61,390 nt of DNA from Anaerolineaceae bacterium (GCA_036787065.1 DAIQPZ010000001.1:1-61390); one strand, 5' to 3'; numbered from the stretch's first letter, positions 8,958 through 20,194 are shown. Made by a program: numbers and translations. The notes: a model not told the origin generated them from the letters alone.

Positions 8958-10277
8958 CTATTGCACACTGCAGATGTCTTCACTGGCCTTCACAATGCTC
9001 ATGATGGTTGAATCGGACGCGTAAACATTCTTTACTTTCGTCAGAACCACTATCGCCTCCTTGCAATTATTGTCCCCGGGCCGGTGCATGGCTGCCAGGA
9101 TTGAACCATATGAATAAAAATAACCCACGGTATTATCGGTTAATGGCACGCCCGTGAGCACTACGGGGGCATCCGCCGAATCATCGCAAGTGTTGCGCAC
9201 CAGGCAGCTCGCGGCTGCATCGCAGCCATCGATCGCGCATTTGAAAGCCGGCAAGGCGCTTTCATAATTCCGCGACTTGATGTAAATCATACCCAGTTGG
9301 GCATAAACGTCCGGGCTGTTAGGGTTCAATGAAATGGCTTTCTTTACATTGAGCACCGCCGTCAGCGCCTCCCCTTTCTGAGCATAAGTATTCGCAATTG
9401 CCAGGTAGGGGATCGGGTCTTTAATCCCCAACTGTGCGTTGGTTTTCGCCGCCTTATCAAAATAATCCAGGGCCTGGGGATAATTCTCCAGTCTGCGGTA
9501 AATCTTACCGATGGAGATGTAAAGGAAAGTCAGGTTGGGGGAAATCGTTGTGGCTGCTATATATTCCTCGATCGCCAGGCGGTATTCCCCCAAACTCTCA
9601 TAGACGTATCCATTAATGCGCCTCACATCCATCAGGTTCGGATTCATCACCATGGCCTGTTGGATATATTCCAGGGCGAGTGACCATTTCTGTTCATCCA
9701 CCAGGATCTCGGCATAAAAAGCCAGCGCCAACGTGTTGGTGTTGTCCAGGTGCCTGGCATTATTGGCTTCCTGATCCGCCTCGAACAGGTTAGCCACCTG
9801 TTCCTCGGGGGCCACCAACTTATTCGATGAACGCCAATCCAAGGCAAAAGCCAGAACAGCATGCGCGCTGCTTTCATTGGGGGCAACTTTGACACCTTGC
9901 CTGGCATTGGCCACGGCAGCGGTCAAGAGATCGTATTTTTGCTGGTCGGTCGTCTGCAGCGCAGACGAATAAGTCTGAACGCGAGCCAGATTAGACCACG
10001 ATTGAAAGTTATTCGGGTCCTGAACGGTGGCCTTAAGATAAGCCACGATGGATTTGTCGATATCGCCAGCGGTGAAATTGGTCTCGGCTTCTTGAGCGTA
10101 TGAATTGGTCGTGCGGGTCGGCGTCGGGGTTGGCAAGAAGGGCCGGAAATCGCCTTGCACGTTAGCCCGCAGGAGCGCCACACAGCCCACAATTAATACG
10201 ACCCAAACCATCATCCGATAAGGATTGGAATGTGATTTAACTTTTCGAAATGAAGGTTCGTGTCCGTTGAGTTGCAT
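8958..10277 (-). CDS. TM-anchored tetratricopeptide-repeat protein
   Basis: N-terminal TM helix, PTPTPTR linker, SYAQEAE motif and multiple TPR units. Paralogous to the adjacent gene. Confidence 0.7.
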   Translation of the reverse strand: MQLNGHEPSFRKVKSHSNPYRMMVWVVLIVGCVALLRANVQGDFRPFLPTPTPTRTTNSYAQEAETNFTAGDIDKSIVAYLKATVQDPNNFQSWSNLARVQTYSSALQTTDQQKYDLLTAAVANARQGVKVAPNESSAHAVLAFALDWRSSNKLVAPEEQVANLFEADQEANNARHLDNTNTLALAFYAEILVDEQKWSLALEYIQQAMVMNPNLMDVRRINGYVYESLGEYRLAIEEYIAATTISPNLTFLYISIGKIYRRLENYPQALDYFDKAAKTNAQLGIKDPIPYLAIANTYAQKGEALTAVLNVKKAISLNPNSPDVYAQLGMIYIKSRNYESALPAFKCAIDGCDAAASCLVRNTCDDSADAPVVLTGVPLTDNTVGYFYSYGSILAAMHRPGDNNCKEAIVVLTKVKNVYASDSTIMSIVKASEDICSVQ

Positions 10278-10279
10278 AA

Positions 10280-11545
10280 TCAGGGTTTAGGCGTCGCGCT
10301 GGCCTTTGGCGTTGGACTGGGCGTCGCGGTGCCGTTGATATTTTCCTGGCATATCTGCACCATCGCGTGGGCATTATAGATGGTGTCCTCATCATTGGGA
10401 ACACCCTGGATCAGCGCCTGGGAGATTTGAACCGCCTCGTTGCATTGGTTCTGGCGAGCCAGGGCCAGGCCGTAGCGTGCATAATATATTAATACCGTGG
10501 TATCGTAACTTAATGGGATGCCTTGAACCGCCTGACCACCCGTAGCCATTCCACCGCGGATAGCCATACGCAAATTCGTGATAGCTTTGTCGTATTCGTG
10601 ATTGCGATAATACATCGAGCCAAGGTTGCCATAAAGGTCGGGGTCTACCGGGCTATATTTTAAGGCCTGTTCCCCGTACTGGATGGCCTTGGCAATATCA
10701 CCTGATTTATTGTAGGTCCTTGAGATGTACAGGTTAGGCAGCGGGTCGGTTGGGATAAGTGCTGCAGCCAGGCTGAATTCGTCGACTGCTTTTGAATAAT
10801 TAGCCATCAATTCCAGCGTGCGCCCATAAGATAAATGAAGATCGGCGATATTGCCATTTATTTTGATCGCGGCACTGTATTCCGCGGCGGCTTCCTGGAG
10901 GTTTTGGGTAACTTCCAACACCATCCCCCGCGCGCGATGGACCTCCATCAAGCTGTTGTCAAGCGCCAGGGCCTTCTTGGAATATTCCGATGCCTTATCC
11001 GTACTTAATCCACCTTTATTATTATTTATTTGCAAGGCAAGCATCTCGGCATAATATGCATAAATGATAGCATTGTTTGGGTCCATTTCCAGGGCGCTGT
11101 CGAGAGATGCTTTGGCAGCCAGGTAATCACCCAGGTACCCCATATCCCAGCCCAACATGGCCAAGGCTTCCGCGTTATTTTTATTGAGCAGGATCGCGTT
11201 TTCAATATTCGGCTGCGCATCTTTATACGCGCCGATGTAAACTTGCAGCCGTGCCAAAGCCAGGTAATTGGCCGCATTTTTGGGGTCAGCCTCGTTAGCT
11301 TGCTTGTATAGGTCGATCGCCTGAGAGATCTTACCTTCATTTAATCGGGCTTCAGCTTCCTGCGCGTAACTGCGTGGATCGCGGGTCGGGGTGGTAGTAG
11401 GGATAAATAACGGTTGTGCCGTCGGAACGACAAACACATCGAGATACACAAAGGCGCCGACTGCGGCCAATAAAAAGATGACTAACCAGAAATTGACCGA
11501 CCTCCGGCGGCGCTTCATCGTCCATTTACTGCCACGTAGATACAT
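10280..11545 (-). CDS. TM-anchored tetratricopeptide-repeat protein
   Basis: Same architecture as 8958-10277 ([17 protein letters not shown] units). The start may be the Met at 11518. Confidence 0.7.
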   Translation of the reverse strand: MYLRGSKWTMKRRRRSVNFWLVIFLLAAVGAFVYLDVFVVPTAQPLFIPTTTPTRDPRSYAQEAEARLNEGKISQAIDLYKQANEADPKNAANYLALARLQVYIGAYKDAQPNIENAILLNKNNAEALAMLGWDMGYLGDYLAAKASLDSALEMDPNNAIIYAYYAEMLALQINNNKGGLSTDKASEYSKKALALDNSLMEVHRARGMVLEVTQNLQEAAAEYSAAIKINGNIADLHLSYGRTLELMANYSKAVDEFSLAAALIPTDPLPNLYISRTYNKSGDIAKAIQYGEQALKYSPVDPDLYGNLGSMYYRNHEYDKAITNLRMAIRGGMATGGQAVQGIPLSYDTTVLIYYARYGLALARQNQCNEAVQISQALIQGVPNDEDTIYNAHAMVQICQENINGTATPSPTPKASATPKP

Positions 11546-11559
11546 ACTATAATAATATC
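11525..11559 (+). promoter_or_regulatory. Putative leaderless promoter of trmD
   Basis: TTTACT (11525-11530), 17 nt, TATAAT (11548-11553), 6 nt, ATG 11560. No SD. Confidence 0.45.
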
Positions 11560-12312
11560 ATGCGCTTTGACGTTTTCAGCCTCTTCCCCCAAATCTTCCA
11601 ACCCTACTTTGAAGTGAGCATTTTACAGCGTGCTATCCAGCGCGGATTGGTAGAGATCGAACTGTACGATATTCGCACCTGGACCACAGACCGGCATCAT
11701 GTCACGGATGATGCACCCTATGGCGGTGGTGGCGGCATGGTCATGAAGCCTGCGCCGGTTTTCGAGGCGATCGAATCAGTCCTGGGCCAGCAGCCAGGCC
11801 AGGCCGCACCTTGCCCCATTATCCTGATGACCCCTCAAGGACGGGTATTCAACCAGACCATTGCCCGGGAGCTGGCTTATTATGATCGCGTCGCTGTCCT
11901 GTGCGGGCGGTATGAAGGTATTGACGAACGCATTCGCCAGCACCTGGTGACGGATGAACTGTCGATTGGTGATTATGTCCTCACCGGTGGAGAATTGCCA
12001 GCCCTGGTGGTGATGGATGCGATCGCTAGGCTCATTCCAGGTGTATTAGGTGACCCGGATGGCGCTTCAGACGATTCACATGCCACCGGCCTGCTGGAAT
12101 ATCCCCATTATACCCGCCCCCCCGAATTTCGTGGTTGGAACGTCCCTGAAGTGCTGCTATCTGGCAACCATTTAGAAATCGCGCGTTGGCGCCGGGAGCA
12201 GTCGTTGTTACGCACCTATCAACGCCGGCCTGATCTTTTAGCCAAAGCCGATTTATCCCAATCCGATCAAGACTTTTTGCAACGCTCTATCCAGCACTTG
12301 AGTGATCAATAA
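11560..12312 (+). CDS. trmD: tRNA (guanine37-N1)-methyltransferase
   Basis: 250 aa, [23 protein letters not shown]. Confidence 0.95.
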   Translation: MRFDVFSLFPQIFQPYFEVSILQRAIQRGLVEIELYDIRTWTTDRHHVTDDAPYGGGGGMVMKPAPVFEAIESVLGQQPGQAAPCPIILMTPQGRVFNQTIARELAYYDRVAVLCGRYEGIDERIRQHLVTDELSIGDYVLTGGELPALVVMDAIARLIPGVLGDPDGASDDSHATGLLEYPHYTRPPEFRGWNVPEVLLSGNHLEIARWRREQSLLRTYQRRPDLLAKADLSQSDQDFLQRSIQHLSDQ

Positions 12313-12345
12313 CCCATCTGCTCACCCAACCATGAAAAGGCCCGC

Positions 12346-13599
12346 ATGAAATTCAATTACGGAAAGATATTTTTACTTGGGTTTGGTTTTTTTGGAGTCA
12401 GTATCGTCTGGGGCGTTTACAACGCGTTTGTGCCTCTTTTCCTGGCGAATAAGTTCCATCTTGCGCCAGGATTAATCGGATTTTTTATGACCCTGGATAA
12501 TATTGCCGCTCTGTTCATCCAACCGCCTCTTGGCGCATGGTCTGACCGCCTGCGCACCCCCATTGGAAGGCGTTTGCCATTTATCTTGATCGGTGCGCCC
12601 ATCAGCGCGGTAGCCTTTGGCTTCATCCCTATGGCCGCGATCCTGCCATTATTTGTCGCCTGTACCAGCACCTTACTCCTCAGCATGGCTTTTTGGCGGA
12701 CACCGGTCATTGCCTTAATGCCGGATCTCACCCCATCTCGATACCGCTCGCAAGCCAATGGAATCATCAACCTGATGGGCGGGGTCGGCGCAATCCTATC
12801 CTTTTTAGGCGGAGCCAAACTATATAGTATGAACAAGGCCTTTCCTTTTTGGATGGGTTCAATCCTGGTCCTCGTGGCTGCCTTCATGCTCTTCATCTTT
12901 ATCCGTGAGCCCAAAGATTACGATGCTGCAGAAAAACAGCCCGGCTTGTTTAAAAGTCTGAAAGAGCTGACTCAGGATAGCGATAAAAGTGGTATCCGTA
13001 TTTTGTTAGCGATTTTCTTCTGGTTCATTGGCTATTCTGCCATCGAGGCATTTTTCACACTGTATGCGGTAAACCATCTGGGGGTGGCTGAGGCCGATGG
13101 AGCGCGTTTATTGGGCCATCTCTCATTATTCTTTGTCTTGTTTGCCTTACCCGCCGGTTATTTCGGCAGCCGCATTGGCCGGCGGAACACGATTTCTATC
13201 GGCATAGTGACCTTATCGATTGCCATGCTTTTAATGTATTTTCTGCCCGTGCCCTTCCTGACAATTTTATTGGGTAAGCTGCCCGTCCTGGGGACCATTC
13301 CAGTGGTCGGTGTAATCCTGATGTTGGCAGGCGCATCCTGGGCATTGATTAATATTAATTCATTACCGATGGTCGTGGATATGACCGATAACGCCCGTCT
13401 CGGCACTTTTACAGGCCTCTATTATCTTTTCTCAACCTTATCCGCCATTGTTGGCCCCAACGTCAACGGATGGATTATCCAGTTTTCCGGGAACAATTAC
13501 AACACCATCATGATCGTCGCCCCGATTTTTATGGCGGTGGCTCTGATCATGATGCTGGGTGTAAAGCGCGGTGAAGCAAGCGCTGCATTACCCACATAG
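12346..13599 (+). CDS. MFS transporter, SLC45/GPH-like (sugar:cation symporter type)
   Basis: 12 TM segments, GAWSDRLRTPIGRRLPFIL motif. Confidence 0.7.
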   Translation: MKFNYGKIFLLGFGFFGVSIVWGVYNAFVPLFLANKFHLAPGLIGFFMTLDNIAALFIQPPLGAWSDRLRTPIGRRLPFILIGAPISAVAFGFIPMAAILPLFVACTSTLLLSMAFWRTPVIALMPDLTPSRYRSQANGIINLMGGVGAILSFLGGAKLYSMNKAFPFWMGSILVLVAAFMLFIFIREPKDYDAAEKQPGLFKSLKELTQDSDKSGIRILLAIFFWFIGYSAIEAFFTLYAVNHLGVAEADGARLLGHLSLFFVLFALPAGYFGSRIGRRNTISIGIVTLSIAMLLMYFLPVPFLTILLGKLPVLGTIPVVGVILMLAGASWALININSLPMVVDMTDNARLGTFTGLYYLFSTLSAIVGPNVNGWIIQFSGNNYNTIMIVAPIFMAVALIMMLGVKRGEASAALPT

Positions 13600-13784
13600 G
13601 TTGAAAGCTGATCCTCTAAAGATCGGCTGATTGGTGAAAAAAAACTTATTGATGCCTTGCATCCCATTTCAATCAGCAGTATACTTATTTGGGGTGGTTG
13701 AACAAGATATATGCTTGGGAAAACCTCACCCATACACAGCTTTTCGTATAATTCCATACTTTCTCACTCAGGAGGAGAGCATCT

Positions 13785-14843
13785 ATGACCAAGAAGATAT
13801 CCATCGTTTTGGTAATGGTTCTATTAGCTTCGGCCTTATTGGCCGCCTGTTCAACAACGGGGAGCAGTACCAAGCTAAAGGTAGGCCTGGTAACTGATAC
13901 AGGTGGCGTCAATGATAAATCATTCAACCAATCAGCCTGGGCTGGCGTCCAGAAAGCCGCCACAGAATTTGGCTTTGATGCCAAGTTCATCGAATCCAAG
14001 CAGCCGACCGACTACGAGAAGAATATCGATCAATTTGCCACTGAAAATTATAACGTCATCATCACCGTAGGTTTCTTGATGGGCGATGCGACCGCTGCCA
14101 AAGCCAAGCAGTATCCCACCATCAAATTTGCCATCATCGACAATCAGTATTTCCCAACCAAGGGATCAGCCGCTTGCGCCGATACCGTCAAAGACTGCTA
14201 TGACGACGGTGGCCTCAAGAATGTCAACAGCTTGATGTTCCAGGAAGATCAGGTGGGTTACCTGGCGGGCGTTTTGGCCGCTGGAATAAGCAAGACCGGC
14301 ACCATTTGCACCGTTTCTGGGATGCAGATCCCGCCCGTCGAGCGCTACGTCATTGGTTTCCAGGCCGGCGCCCAGTGGGAAAAAGCCGGCACCAAGACCA
14401 TGAATGTCTACATCCCCTCGTTCACCGACCCCACCAAGGGTAAGGAAACCGCGGTCAGTATGATCGGCCAGGGCTGCGATGTGATCTTTGGCGTAGGCGG
14501 CAACACGGGTAACGGTGGTTTGCTGGCAGCCAGTGAAAAAGGTCTGGCGGCTATTGGGGTGGATGTCGATCAATACGGCACCTATCCAGAAGTTAAAGGC
14601 TCCCTGGTCTCCAGCGCCATGAAGAACGTCGACGTGGCCGTGTACGAATACCTGAAGGGCGTACAGAATAAGACAGATAAAGCCGGCGCTATAACCGCGA
14701 ACATCAGCAATGGCGGTGTAGGTCTGGCCCCCTTCCACGATTGGGACAGCAAGGTCCCGGCCGATGTCAAATCCAAGATTCAGGCGGCATCAGACGGGAT
14801 AAAGGGCGGAACGATTAAAATCGACTTAAGCGCAGTCAAGTAA
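13785..14843 (+). CDS. BMP-family ABC transporter substrate-binding lipoprotein (nucleoside-type)
   Basis: Lipobox LLAAC, GLVTDTGGVNDKSFNQSAW, strong AGGAGG SD. Confidence 0.85.
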   Translation: MTKKISIVLVMVLLASALLAACSTTGSSTKLKVGLVTDTGGVNDKSFNQSAWAGVQKAATEFGFDAKFIESKQPTDYEKNIDQFATENYNVIITVGFLMGDATAAKAKQYPTIKFAIIDNQYFPTKGSAACADTVKDCYDDGGLKNVNSLMFQEDQVGYLAGVLAAGISKTGTICTVSGMQIPPVERYVIGFQAGAQWEKAGTKTMNVYIPSFTDPTKGKETAVSMIGQGCDVIFGVGGNTGNGGLLAASEKGLAAIGVDVDQYGTYPEVKGSLVSSAMKNVDVAVYEYLKGVQNKTDKAGAITANISNGGVGLAPFHDWDSKVPADVKSKIQAASDGIKGGTIKIDLSAVK

Positions 14844-14863
14844 ATCCAGCACAAAGTAACACG

Positions 14864-14898
14864 GGGTGCTGTACCACTCAGGTACAGCACCCTTTTTT
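14864..14898 (+). terminator. Intrinsic terminator/attenuator after the binding-protein gene
   Basis: 12-bp stem gggtgctgtacc / ggtacagcaccc followed by T6. Confidence 0.7.
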
Positions 14899-14915
14899 CT
14901 AATTATATCCAGGAT

Positions 14916-16469
14916 ATGATTATGACATTTGCCTTACAAGCTACGGGCATCACCAAACGCTTCCCTGGGGTTTTGGCTAACGACCATGTGAGTTTTGACC
15001 TGGTGAAGGGTGAGATTCACGCTTTATTAGGTGAAAACGGCGCGGGAAAATCAACCTTGATGAACATTCTGTACGGCTTGTACCAGCCCGATCAAGGGGA
15101 GATCGGCATCAACGGCGCAACAACCCAAATTAAATCACCTCACGATGCCATTTCTCAGGGAATAGGCATGGTCCACCAGCATTTCATGCTGGTCGCGCCC
15201 CTGACAGTCACCGAAAACATCATGCTGGGCCAGGAAACCATCAAAGAGTCGACCCGGTTACTGGGGCAAATCGCGGTTTTAGACAGGCGCACCGTGGCCA
15301 GACGGATCCTGGCCTTGAGCCAGGAGTACAGCCTGATGGTCGACCCAAACGCCATCATCCAGGATTTAACCGTTGGCGCGCAACAACGGGTTGAAATTGT
15401 CAAAGCCCTCTATCGCAATGCTGAAATCCTTATTCTCGATGAGCCTACCGCGGTTTTGACACCCCAGGAGGCGGACGAACTCTTCGTCATCATGCGCACA
15501 TTGGTCAAACAGGGGAAATCAATCATCTTTATCACCCACAAACTGCGCGAAGTATTTGCCGTCGCCGACCGGATCAGCGTCATGCGCGGCGGGCAAATGA
15601 TCGGTACAGTCAAACCCAGCGAGGCCTCTCAAGAGACACTGGCCGAAATGATGGTCGGGCGTAAAGTTATTTTACAGATAGATAAAGACGATGCTCACCC
15701 TGGCCAATCGGTATTGAGAGTTGAAAATCTGACCGTTGAAGATGACCGCCGCCACATGGTGGTCAATGGCGTCACCCTCGATGTCCGCGCGGGTGAAATT
15801 CTTGGGATTGCGGGGGTCCAGGGGAATGGTCAAACCGAATTAACCGAGGCCTTAACCGGCTTACGCCGCACGAACAGCGGCCATACGTTCATCCTCGATC
15901 ATGAAACAACCCTTGCTAACCCGCGCAAGGTTCAGGAAACCGGGGCCGCTCACATTCCCGAAGACCGTCACAAACATGGTCTGGTGCTTTCCTTCCCTAT
16001 TCGAGACAACCTGGTTTTGAATACCTATTATCGCAAGCCATTCGCCAGGGGGATCGAGCTGGTTTATGCGACGATTGAGCAGCAGGCTGAAGAGCTGATC
16101 GAGACTTTTGACATCCGCACGCCCAGTATTCTTACCCCCGCCAGCTCTTTATCGGGTGGCAACCAGCAAAAGGTCATCATTGCCCGGGAACTTTCCCGCC
16201 CGGTGAAACTCTTAATCGCCAGCCAACCCACCCGTGGCCTGGACGTTGGCTCGATTGAGTTTATTCACCACCGCATTGTTGAAGCCCGAGATAAAGGTGC
16301 GGCTGTGCTGCTGATCAGCGCTGAATTGGACGAAATCATGAGCCTATCCGATCGGATCGCCGTCATGTATAAGGGCCGGATTTTGGACACCCTGGATGCA
16401 AAATCAGCGACCCGCGAAGAGCTTGGCATGTTGATGGCGGGTGTATCAAGGGAGAAGGCCCATGTCTGA
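14916..16469 (+). CDS. ABC transporter ATP-binding protein, duplicated ATPase (sugar/nucleoside uptake type)
   Basis: Two Walker A / signature (LSGGNQQK) / Walker B sets, 517 aa. Confidence 0.9.
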   Translation: MIMTFALQATGITKRFPGVLANDHVSFDLVKGEIHALLGENGAGKSTLMNILYGLYQPDQGEIGINGATTQIKSPHDAISQGIGMVHQHFMLVAPLTVTENIMLGQETIKESTRLLGQIAVLDRRTVARRILALSQEYSLMVDPNAIIQDLTVGAQQRVEIVKALYRNAEILILDEPTAVLTPQEADELFVIMRTLVKQGKSIIFITHKLREVFAVADRISVMRGGQMIGTVKPSEASQETLAEMMVGRKVILQIDKDDAHPGQSVLRVENLTVEDDRRHMVVNGVTLDVRAGEILGIAGVQGNGQTELTEALTGLRRTNSGHTFILDHETTLANPRKVQETGAAHIPEDRHKHGLVLSFPIRDNLVLNTYYRKPFARGIELVYATIEQQAEELIETFDIRTPSILTPASSLSGGNQQKVIIARELSRPVKLLIASQPTRGLDVGSIEFIHHRIVEARDKGAAVLLISAELDEIMSLSDRIAVMYKGRILDTLDAKSATREELGMLMAGVSREKAHV

Positions 16470-17835
16470 ATCGAAAATGACCCAGCCTGAGCTAATCCCT
16501 TCCCCAAAAACCACCTTTCAGCGACTCCTGAAACCCCTGGGGACGCCTCTCTTGTCTATCGCCATCGCCTTTATTATAGGCGGCCTGGTCATCTGGCTAA
16601 CCAGCGGAAGCTTTCAAACCATGCTCCAGGCTTATGAAGGCCTGTTAAAAGGCGCCTTTTTAAAACAGCGCGGCCTGTCCGAAACGTTGGTGGCAACCAT
16701 CCCTTATATTTTCCTGAGCCTGGCGGTGGCCGTTGGTTTCAAAACCGGCCTGTTCAACATTGGCGTGGAAGGCCAGTTCTATATCGGGGCCATTTGCGCT
16801 GCCTACGTTGGCCAGGTCTTACCGAATGTGCCAGCCATCATTCACCTTCCATTAACCCTGCTCGCGGCTGTTCTTGGCGGTGCTCTCTGGGCCGGTATCC
16901 CAGGTTATCTTAAAGCCCGCACAGGCGCCCATGAAGTCATCACCACCATTATGATGAACTACATCGCTTTCCGCCTGGTGGAATTCCTGGTCAGTGGGCC
17001 GGTCAAAGATCAATATAGCACGGCCGTACAGACGCCGCCCTCGGCAAAATCAGCCTGGCTCTGGTCTTTGGCCAGTATCCCACAGCGACTGCAAGACCCA
17101 TTGAACGCACTGGGCGCTGCTCTATTTATCGCATTTTTAGCTTATCTTCTGGCCCGCTGGATCATCGGACGCACCAGTTTGAAAACCCGCTGGCAGCAAG
17201 GCCATCAAAAAATGTTTATCTGCTCTGGTTTTGCTTTGATCATTGGGCTGCTGATCTTCCTGGCCCTGCCACCTATATCCAGGATTTACTGGCCTTTCAC
17301 GGACCAATATGACCGGCTGCATATCGGCTTACTCCTGGCAGTATGCGCCAGCGTCTTGGTGTGGTGGTTATTATGGAAAACGACCCTGGGATTTGAGTTG
17401 CGCACGGTGGGTGCGAATGCCAACGCAGCTCGCTACGCCGGGATCAACATCACCCGAAGTATTGTGGTTGCCATGGCAATTTCCGGCGCACTGGCGGGCG
17501 TGGCAGGCGGTGTTGAGGTGCTGGGCGTATCTGACTGTCACTGTTTACCCATGTTCTTCTCCAGCGGATATGGCTTCGACTCGATTGCCATCTCGTTATT
17601 AGCCAAAAATGATCCATTGGGCATCCTCGCGGCCGCTTTCTTATTCGGTGCTATGCGTAACGGCGCGGATCTGATGGAATTAAACTCAGGGGTGTCCAAA
17701 TATATCATTTCGCTGATCCAGGCGCTGGCCTTATTATTTGTAGCCGCCCCCGCCATTATCCGCACGCTGGTCTCTTTCCGGATCAGGAAGCAAATCAAAG
17801 AAGAACACCCGATCTCAACCCGCCCGGGAGGGTAA
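16462..17835 (+). CDS. ABC transporter permease
   Basis: Multi-TM protein. ATG 16462 overlaps the ATPase stop (ATGTCTGA). The ORF track start 16441 is GTG. Confidence 0.8.
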   Translation: MSESKMTQPELIPSPKTTFQRLLKPLGTPLLSIAIAFIIGGLVIWLTSGSFQTMLQAYEGLLKGAFLKQRGLSETLVATIPYIFLSLAVAVGFKTGLFNIGVEGQFYIGAICAAYVGQVLPNVPAIIHLPLTLLAAVLGGALWAGIPGYLKARTGAHEVITTIMMNYIAFRLVEFLVSGPVKDQYSTAVQTPPSAKSAWLWSLASIPQRLQDPLNALGAALFIAFLAYLLARWIIGRTSLKTRWQQGHQKMFICSGFALIIGLLIFLALPPISRIYWPFTDQYDRLHIGLLLAVCASVLVWWLLWKTTLGFELRTVGANANAARYAGINITRSIVVAMAISGALAGVAGGVEVLGVSDCHCLPMFFSSGYGFDSIAISLLAKNDPLGILAAAFLFGAMRNGADLMELNSGVSKYIISLIQALALLFVAAPAIIRTLVSFRIRKQIKEEHPISTRPGG

Positions 17836-17838
17836 ACC

Positions 17839-18936
17839 ATGCGCACAATCACACAAACAAAAGAAGAAAAGCGGTTCTCTTTACGGGGTAAATGGTGGGT
17901 CACATTTTTGTTTGCGATCTTCGCCTTGTTGACAGCTTATTGGCTGCTCAACCTGATCATCGCCGGGCAATGTAATGGCAACTGTGTCATTAACACCCTG
18001 TCACAAACCTTGCGCCTGGCCACACCTATCGCCTTCGCGGCCTTGACCGGCCTGCTGTGCGAGAGAGCCGGGATTGTCAATATCGGTATCGAGGGCCAGA
18101 TGCTGATGGGCGCGATGGTCGGATATGCCATCAACCTGTTTTCATTCCAGGTCTTCAAACAATGGATCGACCCAGCCATGGCTGGCTCACTCAGTCGACT
18201 TATGGCCGTCGTGGCTGGGATTTTATCGACGGTGATCCTGGGTTTATTACTGGCAGTCGTCTCGATCAAATATAAAACGGATCAAGTAATCGGCGGTACA
18301 GTGATTAATATACTTTCGCTGGGTGTCACAGGCTATTTTTACCGCCAGTTTCTATCACAAAATCTTCCAGCGGGACCGGGTACCTTCCCAATTATTCCCA
18401 TCCCTGGCTTGAGTCAGATCCCGGTGCTTGGGCCCATTCTATTTACCCAGAAGCCGCTCACCTACGTCATGTTGATCCTGGTGGTTTTCATCCATTACAT
18501 GCTTTACTTTACACCCTGGGGCTTAAGGATGCGCGCCGTCGGTGAGCATCCTCGCGCCGCGGACACGCTTGGCATCAACGTATTCAAAACGCGTTATATC
18601 AGCGTCGTCCTGGGCAGTATTGTCGCCGGGCTGGGTGGCGTTTGGTTTACACTGGAGGCAGTGGACGTCTTCAACCCTGCGATGACCAATGGCCTTGGTT
18701 TTATCGGGTTGGCCGCCATGATCTTCGGTAAATGGAACCCGTTTGGCGCGCTAATTGGCGCTTTGATTTTTGGCCTTGGCAGCAGCGTCACTTCCACGGT
18801 GAGTATTTTCAGACCTGACATACCCTCACAAATCCCACAGATGCTCCCTTACGTCTTGACAATCATCGTCCTGACAGGCGTGGTAGGCCGAGCCATTCCA
18901 CCCGCTGCCGAAAACACTCCTTACGAGAAGCAATAA
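17839..18936 (+). CDS. ABC transporter permease
   Basis: Multi-TM protein, paralogous to the permease family of BMP systems. Confidence 0.8.
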   Translation: MRTITQTKEEKRFSLRGKWWVTFLFAIFALLTAYWLLNLIIAGQCNGNCVINTLSQTLRLATPIAFAALTGLLCERAGIVNIGIEGQMLMGAMVGYAINLFSFQVFKQWIDPAMAGSLSRLMAVVAGILSTVILGLLLAVVSIKYKTDQVIGGTVINILSLGVTGYFYRQFLSQNLPAGPGTFPIIPIPGLSQIPVLGPILFTQKPLTYVMLILVVFIHYMLYFTPWGLRMRAVGEHPRAADTLGINVFKTRYISVVLGSIVAGLGGVWFTLEAVDVFNPAMTNGLGFIGLAAMIFGKWNPFGALIGALIFGLGSSVTSTVSIFRPDIPSQIPQMLPYVLTIIVLTGVVGRAIPPAAENTPYEKQ

Positions 18937-19007
18937 AGGCCCAAAAATAGTCAACCTTCGGGAAGGCAGATGTGTTCTCCCGGCCTTTGTGATTTTCCAC
19001 CCAAACC

Positions 19008-19100
19008 GTAACTGCTCCGCCATGCGAAGAAAGTTGCCGAATTTGAGGTGTTTGATTGTGCTTCGCACACGCAAACACCTCGAATTCGGGTCTTTTTCAT
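19008..19100 (+). mobile_element. Family-1 MITE-like element, right terminal repeat missing, stem partly decayed
   Basis: gtaactgctc..gaaagttgccgaatttgaggtgtttgattgtgcttcgcacacgcaaacacctcgaattcgggtctttttcat. Confidence 0.8.
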
Positions 19101-19195
19101 ACGAGAAGAAACCCTGCTTGGGATTGTGCTCATGGATCCTACATTATCTCGGTACGGGCCGGTTGAGAGCGTGGTTTAATGATATGTATTGTGCT

Positions 19196-19210
19196 ACACC
19201 TCAAATTCGG
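19196..19210. repeat. Solo fragment of a family-1 inner arm
   Basis: acacctcaaattcgg, a 15-nt exact match to the consensus right arm, ~95 bp after the truncated copy. Confidence 0.6.
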
Positions 19211-19288
19211 TGACTTAATTCTGTGTTAACCGGATTAAAAGTCATAAGCAATCTAGATTTCGAAACAACAGCACGAAAGGAATGGACC

Positions 19289-20194
19289 ATGCCAACTGTC
19301 GAAGTATCTCATCTTGTCAAGACCTTTGGTACCTTGCGAGCAGTAGATGATGTCTCTTTTGTGGTGGACAAAGGTGAAATATTCGGTCTTTTGGGACCCA
19401 ATGGCGCTGGTAAGACCACAGCCATCCGCATCCTCGTGGATATCTTTAAACCCGACCAGGGCACGGTATCGATATTAAACGGCCCAATAACCGAAGCAAA
19501 GAAAAATCGCATCGGTTATCTACCTGAAGAACGCGGTCTTTACCAGGATGTCTCGTTGGAACGCTGCCTGATCTATCTGGCAACCCTGAAGGGATTATCC
19601 ACCGCCAAAGCCCGGTCACAGATCAGCCTTTTTTTAGAGCGATTTGACCTGGCAGAGCATAAAAAGAAAAAAGTAAAAGAATTGAGCAAAGGCATGCAGC
19701 AAAAAGCGCAGTTGATTGTCACCCTGGTTCACAATCCAGAAGTGTTGATCATTGACGAGCCCTTCAGCTCACTCGATCCGGTTAACACACAAATGGTTAA
19801 AGACTTGCTCAAAGAGGAACGCAGCAAGGGTAAGACCATCATCATGTGCACCCACCAGATGAACCAGGTTGAGGAATTATGTGACCGTCTGGTGCTGATT
19901 AATCACGGTAAAACTGTTTTATATGGCTCATTGGGCGAAATCCGGCGCCAATTTACCAGCAAAGACGTTTTAGTACGCGCTTCAAGAGAATTACCCAGCC
20001 TGATCCCTGGAGTCGAAAAAATTGAGCCGCATAACGGTTTAACCAAGCTAATCCTAGCGGCAAATTCTACTCCTCAAAGCGTCTTGCGAGAATTGGTTAA
20101 CTCCAATGTCATCCTGGAGCAATATGAGATCGCAATCCCAACCCTGGATGAGATCTTCATCCATGTAGTCCAGGACAAAGGGGAAGAAGAATGA
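19289..20194 (+). CDS. ABC-2 type exporter ATP-binding protein (NatA-like)
   Basis: GLLGPNGAGKTT, LSKGMQQK, IIDEPFSSLD. ATG 19289 has an AAGGA SD. The ORF track start 19223 is upstream. Confidence 0.85.
   Translation: MPTVEVSHLVKTFGTLRAVDDVSFVVDKGEIFGLLGPNGAGKTTAIRILVDIFKPDQGTVSILNGPITEAKKNRIGYLPEERGLYQDVSLERCLIYLATLKGLSTAKARSQISLFLERFDLAEHKKKKVKELSKGMQQKAQLIVTLVHNPEVLIIDEPFSSLDPVNTQMVKDLLKEERSKGKTIIMCTHQMNQVEELCDRLVLINHGKTVLYGSLGEIRRQFTSKDVLVRASRELPSLIPGVEKIEPHNGLTKLILAANSTPQSVLRELVNSNVILEQYEIAIPTLDEIFIHVVQDKGEEE

Noticed and set aside
14166-14738. 190-aa minus-strand ORF inside the BMP lipoprotein gene, and similar ones at 12417-12914, 32769-33278, 37033-37470 and 2121-2558
   Set aside because: They are antisense or alternative-frame shadows of well-supported genes and have no recognisable domains.
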